Part shown: positions 40,152 through 54,618 of the stretch, piece by piece
Numbering within the stretch: the first letter of the stretch is position 1
Layout of the letters: each line of letters starts with the position of its first letter
Assembly: GCA_012295275.1 (NCBI GenBank)
Contig: CM022665.1
Location: 28,830,001 to 28,894,000 of the forward strand
From: Chrysomallon squamiferum
Lineage: Eukaryota > Animalia > Mollusca
Reading direction: 5' to 3'
Length of the DNA: 64,000 nt
Notes under the pieces: generated by a model
The model's database searches: none
What the model was told of the DNA's origin: nothing
The model's input: only the letters and a program-made list of their open reading frames with translations
Made by a program: the position numbers and the translations under genes

Positions 40152-40639
40152 GAGAATCTAGTCTTTATGTATGCCTCAGTTTGATCGTCATTCATACAGA
40201 TATATATCTAATTATTTTTGCATTGAACATATAATGGAATTTAATAGTAGCTGTCAATTAATAAAACCATCTGACTATAACTTGTTATGATTAATTAAAG
40301 ATAAAAAAAATTAACTTACACCTAGATTTCATCTGAAATGGTAAAATAATACCAAACTGATAATTAATTATATTATAAATGATTTTTATTTATTTCCACA
40401 AATGTAATTATTAAAAAAAAAAATGCTACTTTTCAGATTTTTTTGTAAACAGAACAACTGAAGATAAAAAATCACTGCAGACACAAAAATACTAAAAAGA
40501 AGTGTTAATAACAAAACGAACATGCAATCTCAGTCTAAGCGACAATAACATTAAAGTTCATGATTACTGCTTCACATAAAACAACACGGTGAGAAGTAAC
40601 ATCAAACAAGATAACAATCCTCACTATATATTTTTTTTA

Positions 40640-40830
40640 TCGCCATCTTCAAAATGAGCGCCATACCGGAGTGACAGACGGAACGCGCATGTACCTACTC
40701 ACGCGTTCATGGCCTTCCATCCGTCGACGGAACGTTAAATCCTGACGTAAAAAGACCCGAAGGCATGCAGCACGCGCTTAAAACAACATACCTATACAAT
40801 GAGAAAAGACCGTGTGCGTTATGGCGTACT
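40640..40830. promoter_or_regulatory. CpG-rich putative cis-regulatory block
   Basis: Locally high GC and CpG. Contains YY1-like CGCCATCTT, NRF1-like GCGCATG and CRE-like TGACGTAA. No supporting coding frame. Confidence 0.3.
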
Positions 40831-41105
40831 TTTGTGTACATTCCTGTCGTTCTGAACGATGTCTTGGCCTGTTTCCTTCACAAATGAAAAGTTGAAACAC
40901 AGAAGCTGTGGATTTGCAATGAAAGAAACTAAATTCTTTGCCGGCTACATAGTACATACAGATGCACTCCTGCTGTTGTTGGTCATATGCAGAAAACATT
41001 TTGTCTGGGCCTTTGGAAGGATGTTTGTCAACTTACATACGTGTTGGCAGTCACATACTGGTAGATAAGCATACTGGTAGTCACATACTGGTAGATATGC
41101 ATTGC

Positions 41106-41235
<130 letters not shown>

Positions 41236-41353
41236 AAACACGTACACACCTACGTACAAACACACATATCGAATATCTTCTCTCATATTACCATTAAATA
41301 CTTGCCTCATTTTGAATAACATTATAATATATGTCTCTCTACATATTCACAAT

Positions 41354-41395
<42 letters not shown>

Positions 41396-42120
41396 CACAT
41401 ACATACTTACACCAAAAAAAAAAAAATATATATGTATTTAAAAAAACTAAGAAAAAAAAAAAGAAGAAAAAATATTAAAATAAATTGACTTGTCAATGTT
41501 GATAGGTAAAATGTGCAACAAAAGGCTATTCGAGTTCGCTGATGGATGATTCCTGAAGTCTATGATACATCTGACAGAACACCTAAAACTGCACAGTCAA
41601 GCTGCAAATATTCTACGTACGCCAATTCTTCAGTGAAACACGCTCTGTGTCATAACAGAACTAGTTAAATAGCCTAATTCATCTACATTCGAGGATTTTG
41701 TGGCAGGATTTTAAAAAAGCTCTGAAAACCTATGAAAACAGACAAGATTAACAACATCACTGTTTTACCGCTTCTTGTTTTTACTAAAAAAAATCTTTTT
41801 AAAGACTGTCAGAATACTGGCACCCAGACTGCAGAAAAACATGAATAATTGTGAGGAGGTCGGAATAGGATAATAGACTTTAAAGACGTCATCGTTAAGA
41901 ATAATTAGGAAAATTTACTGAATGTCTGTAGATAGAATGTGGAGAATGGGACGCTAGTCATCTAATGTTATCCATTTTTTAACATACTTGAAACATTTCC
42001 CTCTTTTTCGCAGATGACAAATCAGTTAGCAAAAAAGTTTAGCAAACAGTATTACATAAATCTTTCGAAGAGCTAATGAATAATTCAGTTATGTCAGCTA
42101 ACTATAAAACAAAGACATGA

Positions 42121-42243
<123 letters not shown>

Positions 42244-43479
42244 TGAAGACAGCTATAGAGTAACTCATCAAGGAACCACGAAAACACAAGAAATTTTCAC
42301 AATTTATACCAAGATAAAGCAAACATCCGTGAGACAGAATTAACCAAGTATTCTGATAAAAAATAATATTCACCAGTAATGCACCCACGCACATACATAT
42401 TCATACATACATGTGCACTTCTGAGTGAGTGATAATATCTATATATGTATGTATGCAGTTGCTAACGGATTAATATTCTAATTAGCTGTTGTTAGATACA
42501 ATACTTATGTGCTGAACAGATCGGAAAAACAGTAGGAAGATCAATAAAAGAAGAGAAGACATAACATCGATGTTTGGAGTAGGCCGCAGATTGTTTCTGT
42601 AGAAACAATTTACCTGTGATATATATATTTATGGGGGTATGTGTGTGTGGGAGTGTGTGAATATTTATGTATGTATGTGTGCTTATTTGTTTGTATATGT
42701 ATGTTTAATTTTGCATTATGTATGAATGGATCGTGCCGTAATGATATACTTAACTATAATTTGACATACGTAACGAATTGTTTTGTGTGATTATTAAATT
42801 ATTTTACCAAGAAGACAATAAATGTATCAAAACACATTCATTCCTACGATCATACAAAGCGAATACACGCTGATACAATTAAACGATTAAAACGATACAT
42901 TTTTCTCTACCTTCTCCCTCAGGTTTGCTCGCTTTCACGAACAGCGACAACTGTGTCTGTAATAATGTTAAGTACTACACTAACGAGAGTACGACCGCTA
43001 GAGGCGATCTTGTTGGCGGTCTGTATGGTATGTAAAGGAGCAACAAAACGCCTCTAACATATTCACTTCATTATTTCGCTGTTGTCTCAGCTGCTGCTCG
43101 GAATGACAGTCAGTTACAGCAATTTACTGCACAACAGCGCTCGTTGTACTTGATCACCGACATCTTCTTTTCAATAGATTTTTCTAAAAACGACCAGCAG
43201 TTGTTACTCTGAATGTTTATACTGATTTGAAAACGGTGCAGTCTCGTTTGAAAGCATTTAGAATGAATGCAAGAATGTTTCGAGAAATTTACAGAGATTT
43301 TAAAGGTTAAGTTTTGTGATAATTTATGGTTCATTTGAATAATGGTTTAAATACGTTTTGTACTCTTCCACGTTGTTGTTAGGTTGGTTTTAATTAACGA
43401 CTGATCATTATTAATAACGTGTATTACGAAACAACGAAAAAGGATGAGTGAAAGCTGACATTAATACACTCGGAGTAAC

Positions 43480-43520
<41 letters not shown>

Positions 43521-43835
43521 CATAACTCTAAGAAATGCACAAAAATAATTTTAAAAAAGAAGAAGAAAAAAAAATGAAAACAAACCCCTCCAAAAAGAAC
43601 CGAACTTTGATGTGACAAACATATCGTTTAAGAAACTGTGTTATCTTCTTGGTTTCTTATACATTTTATTTACAAATTAGCAATAAATACAATATAAATT
43701 ATTAAATTATTCTTATGCATGTATTTAAACATAATGGTGGTGAAATTAAATGAAACTGTATTAATTTTTAGGGTTTTTTTTAATTAAAAAAAGGCACACA
43801 CGAAGCCCAAAACATAAGTCATCATTAAAAATATT

Positions 43836-44221
43836 TGTGTGGCGGCATAGGATAACCAGTCACATGGTGAAAATGATCAAAACTCAGGTTTTAGTGGAAT
43901 AAGATAAACCACATTCTGCATATCTGTGATATGCAATGCATGGTTGTGATGATGTCAGAGATTTTAGATGAATCTTGGCAAAATAAGTGTGCATAATTTT
44001 AGCATAATTTAGTTAATTAAGATTTTGACAGGTTACAGAAAGAACACGTTTTATGGACTGATTTCAGTAAAACACATGTATAAACATGAAAATCGGGATG
44101 TTTTCAAAACTATTTATGGTGAAAAACAAAACTGATCTATTGATGCACTGGACTGCATTAATAGCTGTAACTCAGTATTACATTACGCGACATCAAACTG
44201 GTTATCCTATGCTACCACACA
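43836..44221. mobile_element. Candidate MITE (~386 bp) with 25-bp terminal inverted repeats
   Basis: Left end tgtgtggcggcataggataaccagt (43836-43860) vs reverse complement of right end (44197-44221) tgtgtggtagcataggataaccagt: 23/25 identical. TG...CA ends, no ORF, TSD not clean (tatt/tttt). Confidence 0.6.
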
Positions 44222-45051
44222 TTTTTGCTTGTTATTTATTTATTTTTCTTTTTTTTTAAAAACGAAATATTTTTTACGTTGTATAATACAAGTAAAAAAA
44301 GTATCAGATACAGATCTTTTGAAACTATCATTCTCGCTTTCACATTATTAGTTTTCTAAATATTTAAACCCTTCTTTCAAACATAGATCACCACAGACTT
44401 TTTTTTTTTTTTTTTTTGGTCTTTTAGCATAATATACCCTGCTTAAAATCGTAGCATTTCAGCATCTGCTTGAGTGCGTTATCAAATAGAACTATCAACA
44501 TACCTCACAAACGGAACTAATTGTGTGGGTTAACGAGGTAAATTCGAGTACTAAAACACGTCATGAACATAAGCCGTTCGTTTGAAGCTCGTGTTTTAGG
44601 CATGTATGTAGTATTTCGCAAAAGAAACAGACTATTTTTTCTTTGTTTTCAAAAGGCTGTTTTCATTCCTGTGTGAGACTTACTGTACCATGCGAACTAA
44701 AAGTCATTAACACTGCACTCTTTCCTCCCTCGAAAACAATTCTTTATACCTGTCAGTCGTGTCATTGTGACACCGGCTTCAGCTGCGAAGGTTTTTTTTT
44801 TTGTTGTTGTTGTTGTTGTTCGGCGAGTTCTACTAATTCTACATTAAACACGTAGTTAATCACAGGCGCGTATCAGTGCTCGCTCAACATCTACGCATGC
44901 GCGTATCTGTTTTCGCATATCTGTGCATACACATTTAGATAATATAATATAATATAATATATGTATTGAGGATGTGTGTGTGGTGTGTGTGTGTGTATGT
45001 GTGTGTGCAAACACACACGTGCATATAATTATGTGTATGTATGTATGTTTG

Positions 45052-45053
<2 letters not shown>

Positions 45054-45103
<50 letters not shown>
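45054..45103. repeat. (TG)n microsatellite
   Basis: Direct reading. Confidence 0.95.
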
Positions 45104-45105
<2 letters not shown>

Positions 45106-45305
45106 ACGTGGATGGCGGTGTATGTATATAGAACGTTTGTACGTGTATGTTTGTATGTGTATGTTTATGTTTATAAATCTAATAGAGGCCGGTTCGCACA
45201 ACATACACATTTAAATAATATAATACGTAAGATACATATGATGCATGGGAAAAACAAATTTCCCCTTCATTTTATCATGGTGTCATTTCGTTTACAGAAA
45301 CATAA

Positions 45306-45338
<33 letters not shown>

Positions 45339-45543
45339 TATTTTACCAAAGATAGCTTCTCAAATGATTTGCTCAGCCTGTTTTTTTTTTTTTTTTAATT
45401 ACCTTTTCTCTATGAAATAACTTTAAGATAAATAAAATTAAAGGCGACATTTCTCTATAAAATTTCACTTAAAAAGATTTCACATGCTAAGAGCAAGATG
45501 TATTCAGAAATATAGCTCTAAACGGCCACTTGATAATCCAAAA

Positions 45544-45597
<54 letters not shown>

Positions 45598-46611
45598 AAT
45601 AAATAAATGAATAAATAAAACGTAAAATAAAAGTAAGAATTTACATCATACTGGGTTGGCATTAAGACGGCTTAAAAAATTATTTATTTGTCAAAACAAT
45701 GTTTATCAGTATAAATTCAAATAAAAATAATAATAGAAGTCAGACTCTTTTTAGAACCAACAAACAAAACTAACGTGAAAATGGGCAAAGGTTATAAAAA
45801 TAAATAACCCCATTCTGCTACAGACTGTGTTATCGGAAGCACTGAGTTTTATTTTTGCCCGTTATCCTTTAATTAACAACAAAATATAAACGTGCTCTAA
45901 ACTGCCGATGGGGAATGTTTCCACTTTGCAAAGAAAACGACGCGAGTGAGCTCGCAGCGAACAACCTTGTGTAAGGTCTCACGAAACAATTCCGGGATCG
46001 CCCGATTGACAGCGGGATTTGGCGTTACGGATTATTCGCACGATTAGGACGCATAACTGCGTCCAAAATGGCATTTTCTCTTGGCTTGGCTTTTCATCTT
46101 ATTTATTGGGTATGTCAGGAACACATCGTCTCGACAATCCGCAGCCGCCGGGAATTCAGCTAGAAGTGTGTTCCATGTGTTTTCTTTTCGCCAATTCACC
46201 CCCGTTGTGCAAACACAGCCGAGCTGAGTTACTCTAGCGTGTTCTGAAAACTCTTTGAGTGAGTGCGTACACCGAATTTCAAAACGACTTATCTCAGTAG
46301 CATTCAAAATTTAAACAATGTTCTGGTCACCGCCTTTGAATGATGTAAGGGTAAAACAGACTGAGTTCAGTCACTCAAAAATGACCACGTGTATGTTTAC
46401 ATATCTTTTTCAAGTCACGAATGCACCCAGCCACGTTTTCTGAAGGTTGGGGCAAGTTTGTAAAAAAAAAAAAAAAAAAAAGGAATTACTGATACAAGCT
46501 TTGAAAGGAAAAAATATATCAGAAAGAGAATAATTAACAGCCGCTAAAAATTACAATAAAATTACAATCTCACCTACACTACAACAACGACAATACCTTG
46601 AAAGAGCAACA

Positions 46612-46656
<45 letters not shown>

Positions 46657-46712
46657 TAAAAATAATAATAATAATAATAATAATAATAAAGTAATAAATA
46701 ATAATAATAATA

Positions 46713-46748
<36 letters not shown>

Positions 46749-46760
46749 GTAATAAATAAA

Positions 46761-46791
<31 letters not shown>
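46612..46791. repeat. Compound (AAT)n/(AAAT)n microsatellite
   Basis: Direct reading. Confidence 0.9.
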
Positions 46792-47634
46792 CACCTAAAA
46801 AGGAAAATCGAACAAAAAGAGGAGAAAGCATAGAACAAAAAACAGGAAAACAAAAGAAAAGCAACGAAGCAAAGAAGTTCAGTGAAGTTAACAAAATCAA
46901 AGAAACAAAACAAATGACAACAAGTGGATAAAATGAACTAAATACAGAAACTCGACGCTAACACTTCGTGCTGATTATAAAATGTGTGTGGTTGTATGTT
47001 CAGCAGTAACGTCTGTGTGCTGTTATCGTTTCGTGATTACTCGTTGAACTGGTATTTTCTGGTTGGCTGAAATAATTAAACTTCGTCTCTGGAACTTTTC
47101 TCTGTGACACTGGCTCAGGCTTCTAATTACCTGGCACGTGTGACCCTATATACAGTAGATCATTAGAGATATGAAATTCAAATTTTTTATCTGTCGCTAT
47201 TTATTATTATTTTTCTTTAATGTAAATATAATTATTGCAATTTGCAAACTGTGGATACCGTACTCTCTCTCTGATAAGCGCTAGCCTCCAACACCACTCT
47301 CAATATTTAACTCTTTTAGCGCAAAAAAAAAAAAATAAATAAGAAAAAGAAAAAAGAAACATTATCTAACTAGTGAAAGCAACTTTGAGGATGAGTTTCA
47401 TCATAAATAATTTTTAGTAAAATAGATCTTCACTTCTTATAACCTCATCAAGATCTCTTTTCTTTACAAGATATGTCAAATGACGACGTCATCGTCTGCC
47501 ATTTACGTAGTTACGTAGATGTACTTTCTTAAGTAAACTAGATACTTCCACTATGACTTTTATTTTAACATATTAACATGCTTATATCAACAGTTTCTAC
47601 TGTTTCAGAGTTAATCTTTAAAGCTCTAAGCCGA

Positions 47635-47637
<3 letters not shown>

Positions 47638-47722
<85 letters not shown>
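47638..47722. repeat. (CA)n-(GA)n compound microsatellite
   Basis: Direct reading. Confidence 0.95.
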
Positions 47723-47725
<3 letters not shown>

Positions 47726-49568
47726 CTTATCTACCAATATGTGAGAGAGAGAATAACAACTACAACAATAATAATGATGTAACGGTTCCTCGCTTTTACG
47801 AAAAATTATTTATAATGAAACTCATCGTCAAAGTTGTTTTCACTAGATAGATAATGTTTCTTTTTTCTTTTTCTTATTTCTCTTTGTTTCGTTGTTGCTG
47901 CTGCTGAAAAGCTGGGCTCGCCCTAGTAATAAATTTGGACCCGCCACCGTATGCATGCACCTGTGTAATTTTGTCTCTGTGATATATTATACAGTAAAAC
48001 GTGATAAAATATTTCTTTTCTATATTTTCACTATCAGTTTGCGAATTTATTCAATTATATGCAAACAAGAGCGTTTTGGTAAGCCTCGTTAGTCTCAAAC
48101 AAACCTTGAACGTTTGCAATTCAGATGCAAATGGTGTTTTTATTGATGACAAAATAAACACTACCACTTATCTCTGTTTTTAGGATTATTTCGTAGATAG
48201 GAAGTCGCAATCGCAGCCCAGACCATCATTTATAGATATGTAGATGTAGTTTTCGTCCATGCAGGGTCAAAGGTTGGCGCGTGCCTTCGCTGATACCAAC
48301 GTATTTCAGATAACTAGCTGATTAAAGCAGACGAACAAATTATAATTAATTGCTAGGACGTCAATGTCTGCGTGTAATTTTTTTTTTTCATCTGTTACTT
48401 GTGCTTCTTACGTTTATGTGTATCAGAACAAACAAAATACACCTCCCAACCCAAGAAATAAATAAAATTAATACATAATAATAACAAAAATAATAGATAA
48501 AATAATAAAACCTCTCAAACGCCCCCCTCAAAGAATTAAAAAATACAGAATAATAATAATAATAATAAAAAACAAAAAACAAAAAAAAAAAAACTCAAAA
48601 AAGAGAATAAACAAAAACAAAAAACCATAAAAAACAAGAAAATGTTCATAAGGAATATATATAAAAAAGAAGAAGAAGAAGAAAAAAAAACCCCAGAAAA
48701 TAAAGAAACAACAATATAATGAAGTAATGTTCACAATGCGTTTACTGCGTCAAACATTACGTACGTATGTTACTTATGAATGTATAATAGTTTATTAATA
48801 CATAGATTCTTTTGTGAAGAATATATGCGCGACGATTTCTCTTTTCACTGAATACTGACACAGATATAATACACCAATGCTGTGAGACGTCATATGTGTT
48901 TATCACAAAAGTAAATCATGGCTTTATTGTTTACTGACATAGATTAACATTTAATCCACTAGTGACTTTTGAACCACTTTCTTATGGCCGCCAGTTTGGA
49001 GACGAAACACAATTTCGTTCTCTCAGTTATTTTTCTTTTTTGATCACAATAGATTAGTTATTAATTTTTTTCATCGGTTACTGAAAAGGCCCATTGGTTT
49101 ACAAAATAGCATGGCGGCGTTAAGAATTCACCATGGATATCACTGAATGACGCAGTCGTTTGATGGGTCATTGGAACAGTTAATATAAATTTAATCATAA
49201 TTCACACATTTTTGGGGAATCACCATGTGATCTAAAGAGTTCTTTCAACTCTCACAACTAGTGAATTATCTGCTTGAACAAATGCTCAAACGTAGTTAGC
49301 AAGGTAAAAGACCGACTCGTTAGATTATCATTTAATGCGACTGAAAACTGGATTGAAATCTGGACTGAAAAGGAAATACCAGGAGTTCGATCCTGCGCTT
49401 CCATAGCAAACACGACTTTGAGACATAATAGAAGTCGGCAAGGCGATCGCTTCCAGACAGAAAGAACGCAAACTATTAAATATTTCACGAGAACTTTATG
49501 AACTGAAAGTAAGTCCGAATCTCTTTGTTATTTACAGCTAAGCCTGCTGATCCATTGTAAACTGCACT

Positions 49569-49777
49569 TATAAAAAGATTTTACGACAATCGTAGCCTCT
49601 TAATGTACAGAGCTGGACTGTCCTGTTAGAAAATAAAGATAAATCATGTCACCGCTCAAAGTGTGCAGTGGCTGTCTGCGTAAATAACGTCAACGCTCTA
49701 ATTTATGACCAGCGAAGGTGACATTAAACATTTATTGATAATTAATTTTCTTATCACTGCAGCTAAAAAACAAACAG
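49569..49777 (+). promoter_or_regulatory. Possible TATA promoter and non-coding first exon of FAM181
   Basis: TATAAAA at 49569 and a strong CAG|GTAAGG donor at 49777/8. A matching acceptor ttatcttgcag ends at 51385, 13 nt before the FAM181 ATG. The pairing is inferred. Confidence 0.35.
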
Positions 49778-50055
49778 GTAAGGTTTATGTTTTGTTTTCA
49801 TGAGTGTTGTTTCTTTTGTTTTTAATGCCAGTAATCAAATAAAACTCGAGGTGTTACCACTGTGGTTTCAGTTCTTTTTTTTGTTTCTTTTTTTTTTTTT
49901 TTTTTTTTTTTGTGGTTTTATATAGAAGTAGTGTATTATGTTTTAAAACTGCGTTCATGTATCTATAAAAAAATATATTAAAATATGACAAAATGTGATA
50001 AATATTAATATAGGCCCAATACAGATACAGAAAATACTTAAATAAATGTACATGT

Positions 50056-50118
50056 ATTATTATTATTATTATTGTTATTATTATTATTATTATTATTAAC
50101 ATTATTATTATTATTATT

Positions 50119-50169
<51 letters not shown>

Positions 50170-50184
50170 ATTATTATTATTATT
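50056..50184. repeat. (ATT)n-(GTT)n compound microsatellite
   Basis: Direct reading. Confidence 0.9.
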
Positions 50185-51398
50185 AAGAGAGGTAATGCTA
50201 TGGTTGAAAAGAAATAGTTTATAAAATATTTAATCTCTGTTTTGTATTCAACATTTAAAAAAAATATAGACGATAATTTTAAATAACTTTATAGATAAAA
50301 CGATGTAAAAAAATAAAGATAAAAAGAAAAAAGATAAAAAATCTCTGATAACATTACTGAAGACTACTTTAGTGCATTTTAAGCTAATTAAAATATTTTC
50401 TTTTCCTGTTTTATATCGTGATTTAGATACAGTCATATGGCGGATATGCAAACAGAAAACCGCAAATCCAAACCGAATTGTATTTACAGACATACTCATA
50501 CATTTCAACATGGAAAATTTCATACTGTTTACATACAGTGTTCACATAGTAATGTAGTAAATACAGGAACATTCATACATACGTTAATATTTAAATTAGG
50601 CACATGCAAAAATAATTTACTTTATAGTAGACAAATATTTACACTTACTTATACGCAGTCATATATTTTATTCAAATACACAAACAGACATATTATTATT
50701 TAGAAGACCAGTTTGCTTTACACGCTTACAGACACACTCAGATATATTCTAAAAACTTTTATTTTTTATTTTTTATTTATTTAATACATATTTGAATTAT
50801 GTCACACTTTATAAACACTGACCAAAGAAAAGAAAAGTTATGAAAACTGTAGACGCAGGCAGACGAAATTTTGTTTCCCACGAAACGATCTTTCAACACT
50901 GAAGTAGAAGTATTACTTTGATTAGCAATTTAACAATGGGCAGAGTGCATTCTTGTGGGTATTTATGTTGCCAAGTTCATCAACTCTTTGCTACTTATAT
51001 TCCTCAGAAATCTTCCGAAAACAAATTTTCGTCATTTTTCAGAGTGTTTTGCCAACAATAAAGCATGCCAGTGAAAACGAAATAATTTCGCGGTCATAGC
51101 TGACAAACTCATTACAACACGAGAAACAGTCTACGGTTTGGGATGGGTTGAATCTTGGTTCGATAGTCGAAAAGAATTCTTTTCTCTCGCTGACAAATGC
51201 GGAAAATGCCTAGCCGGAATAGTGTGGCATTGATGAAACAAGATCAGAGGGAGATAAGGGGAAACCCGTGCGCGGGGTATATATTTTTGTTTGTTTTGAC
51301 ACTTTCCAATTCGCGTACCGAAGATAGCCGAGAAGCCAAACACGGCATAACAGGCATTTTAACATTCTTGTTAATTATCTTGCAGAGAAAGGCTCGTC

Positions 51399-52640
51399 AT
51401 GACTTCTGGTGTTCAGGCTGTGTGTGCATTGACAAGAGACCGCCGAGTAAAGAGTAAACATCTGTTCTCCGCTCAGTGCAGAAGTCAAAAACGAGAGGCG
51501 GGAGCAAGCGCATGCAGAGAAAACGCAGACGACACTCGGTTGAGCTACGATCCGGAAGGCGATACTCGCGTAACAGATCTCCTGCAATTTGTTAATCTGA
51601 TATCAAGTGATATAAAAACTGCTCTTAGTCGATCACCCAGATCAAAACGCAACGTAGACCACAAGAAATATCTTGAACGACAGTTACTGCGGCTTACAAG
51701 TGTCCCAGCGGGATCTTTTGTTCTTCGTAATATTGAATCACCGCACAATAAATGTGACAGTCTCTTGACACAGTGCGAGACTGACAGTGATTATGAGATG
51801 CTGGATGAAGTGACGACATACAAAGACATCAAAGAGTTAAAATCAAAAGGCGTTGAAAACACTTGGCAGGAAACGAAGATGCTTAATGATACAGGTGCGA
51901 TACAAGGGACAGAAGTGTGTAAACAAGATGTGTTCATGGGAACATCGAGGATAGGAGAAGGAACTGTAAGTGAAAAGTGTACAGAACATTCTTTGAACAA
52001 AAATCAAAAGTTTTGTTTGCCCGAATTGACGCAAAATCATTTTCAAAAGCAATCGTCGCATCTAAAAAGGATGTACTCGTCTACAACATGTTATGGAGCA
52101 GCCACTTTGTGCTCGAGCGATTCGTTTCAGAAACAAGAGGTACCCTTAAGACAGAGACAACTTCCTGCGTCATTCTGGCAGGAACCGAACGTTCCAAGAT
52201 TTCAGTTTGAAAATCCTTATTTTCACGGATTATATTTCAATCTGCACGAACAGACTCAGTCATACAAAGCTTTTCTGGAAAGGCTTCAAACGGCTCAACG
52301 CTACAGATTCGATAATGTTGGCAGCAGCCAATTTCCAATCACTGACTTTCTTTACCATAAATACGGTATAAAAGACAGCGTAAATTCGTATCCACCTAAC
52401 GACTTTTTAACACCATCTTATCGGCTACCTGCTGATTTCAAAACAGTAAGTGGTTTCTCTGCTCCTTCTGGGACGCCGGCCGTTCACCCTTATGCCGAAA
52501 CGTTAGTTTTGCCGAATAGAAATTGGGATTTTTTTCTGGGAAAATTACCTTCTGCCTATGACGCTTTGCATCCTGCTGTTTGGAAACCAGTAGCAACAAA
52601 AACATCGCACCTAAACAGATATCATCCCTTCCGGGAGTGA
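51399..52640 (+). CDS. FAM181: FAM181 family protein (TEAD interactor), 413 aa, single coding exon
   Basis: Both family blocks are present: LLQFVNLISSDIKTALSRSPRSKRNVDHKKYLERQL, and the YAP-like omega-loop VPLRQRQLPASFWQEP. A/B paralog not assignable. Confidence 0.93.
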   Translation: MTSGVQAVCALTRDRRVKSKHLFSAQCRSQKREAGASACRENADDTRLSYDPEGDTRVTDLLQFVNLISSDIKTALSRSPRSKRNVDHKKYLERQLLRLTSVPAGSFVLRNIESPHNKCDSLLTQCETDSDYEMLDEVTTYKDIKELKSKGVENTWQETKMLNDTGAIQGTEVCKQDVFMGTSRIGEGTVSEKCTEHSLNKNQKFCLPELTQNHFQKQSSHLKRMYSSTTCYGAATLCSSDSFQKQEVPLRQRQLPASFWQEPNVPRFQFENPYFHGLYFNLHEQTQSYKAFLERLQTAQRYRFDNVGSSQFPITDFLYHKYGIKDSVNSYPPNDFLTPSYRLPADFKTVSGFSAPSGTPAVHPYAETLVLPNRNWDFFLGKLPSAYDALHPAVWKPVATKTSHLNRYHPFRE

Positions 52641-53191
52641 TCGTAAATTTCCATTACAACATTCATACGATCTGTTCTGTGGATTTTGTAAAACTACTTA
52701 CGTTATTTATGTAACTCATAGGTAGTGTTGTTGTGCTAGATTAGTAAATTATTCAGTTATACTACAGAATTTTTAAATTTGTGGTTTTTATATAACTATA
52801 TTAGTTAACAAATATTTTATATGTTTTTTTTTTACATTAAGCTATAGTTAAATATTATTTAAGGAAAAATAAAAATAACAATTTTATAAAGAAGTCTATA
52901 TTATGTTATAAAGATATTTGTGTTACAGATTTGTTCTTTTTTTCACTTCAGCAATAATTTTATTCATGTATATTTAATTTATGAAAACATAAATTTTGTT
53001 CCTAAATAAAATAGTATTTTAATTTTTGTAAATAGTAATTTGAATATAATTATTTTCGAACATTTCCTAATAACATTTACATTAAATGTTACCAGTTACC
53101 GTTTTTTATAAACATTTTTTCATATATACCATTTTTTTAATATAAATTTAGTTTTTTATTTAAATATCCTTATTAGCATTCTTGTACTTCG

Positions 53192-53242
<51 letters not shown>

Positions 53243-53667
53243 GATTATGATTATCATCATCATTGTTATTATTAACAGTAATTAACTGCAGATTTATTTT
53301 TGTAATGCTTAACGTTCATTATAATAAAACAAAATTATATATGTAATCATAGTCGCATAATATTATTACCACCTTGTTAATCATTAGAATTGTTAAGAAC
53401 CTAAGAATATTCATATACGTTATGTGTTTAAGTCATATTTAGGAAAAATGAGTAATTTGAACCATTTTTATAATAAAGCATTTTTTACATTTTTGTTGTT
53501 ATAAATAATTTTAGTTACTATTATTTTGTTTGTGCATGTTGAGTTGAATAAACATCCCTTCAGGGTATATCTATTTCTAATGTGTATTTGTATGCGCGTA
53601 TAATGATAATGAAACGCACACAGACACAGACACACACGTGTGTGGTGGGTATATTGTGTTTATTTTG

Positions 53668-53698
<31 letters not shown>

Positions 53699-54062
53699 TT
53701 GATTTATAGTCTTCTGAAAATAAAATACACTCCACTGTATAATCTTCAAACAGTAAAGAATTATAAATGGTTTTAAATAGTTTTAAATCAACATAATCTG
53801 TACTGGTGTATTTTAAGTTGAGGAATTATCATTTTACATCAAAGGAGAATTACTCCTACATTTCTCTTTTAATATTAAATTAATAAATGTATGAAAAAAG
53901 TCACAGAAACCGTACTCTACAATCTTACTTTTTTCTTCATTCCATTATGTTTTTCTTTCATTTTTCACCTTCATCTTTCTTTTGTTTTTAATTTTGTTGT
54001 TGTTATATATTTCTAAAAATAAATGAATCGTATTAACCAAGATGTGTAATTCTAAGTGTGCA

Positions 54063-54088
54063 AATAATAATAATAATAATAATAATAA

Positions 54089-54149
<61 letters not shown>
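54063..54149. repeat. (AAT)n microsatellite
   Basis: Direct reading. Confidence 0.95.
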
Positions 54150-54152
<3 letters not shown>

Positions 54153-54550
54153 CTTAGCTAAAACACTTAAATATTATAATTTTACCGTTTTTATTTATGA
54201 AGATATTATTTAGATTTCTGGAGGTAGCGAGCACTTGATTAAACAACTAATGCAATTACTGTGGGTGATATAACATGGAATTAGTTTCGTTACCAAGAAA
54301 GACGATACAGGTCAGCAAAACTCTGGTGTACCCACCCTTTAACCTCGCTTAGTTATTATCAGACTGTTGACTGCTTATTTAGACAGTCTAAGATGGTTGA
54401 CTAAAGTTGAATTTATAAAATTTTATATATATGTGTGTGTGTGTGTAATTTATTTATTTATTTTTTTAATTAACAAATATGGGATTAGTTGCCCTGAAAA
54501 AAGATTTAAAGAAAAATAAAAACATCTACCTAACATATAATAAATAAATA

Positions 54551-54618
<68 letters not shown>

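Noticed and set aside
39716-40646. Possible minus-strand gene starting at aagATGGCG (40646) with donors at ~40624, ~40319 and ~39715
   Set aside because: The candidate exons do not join into a stop-free frame.
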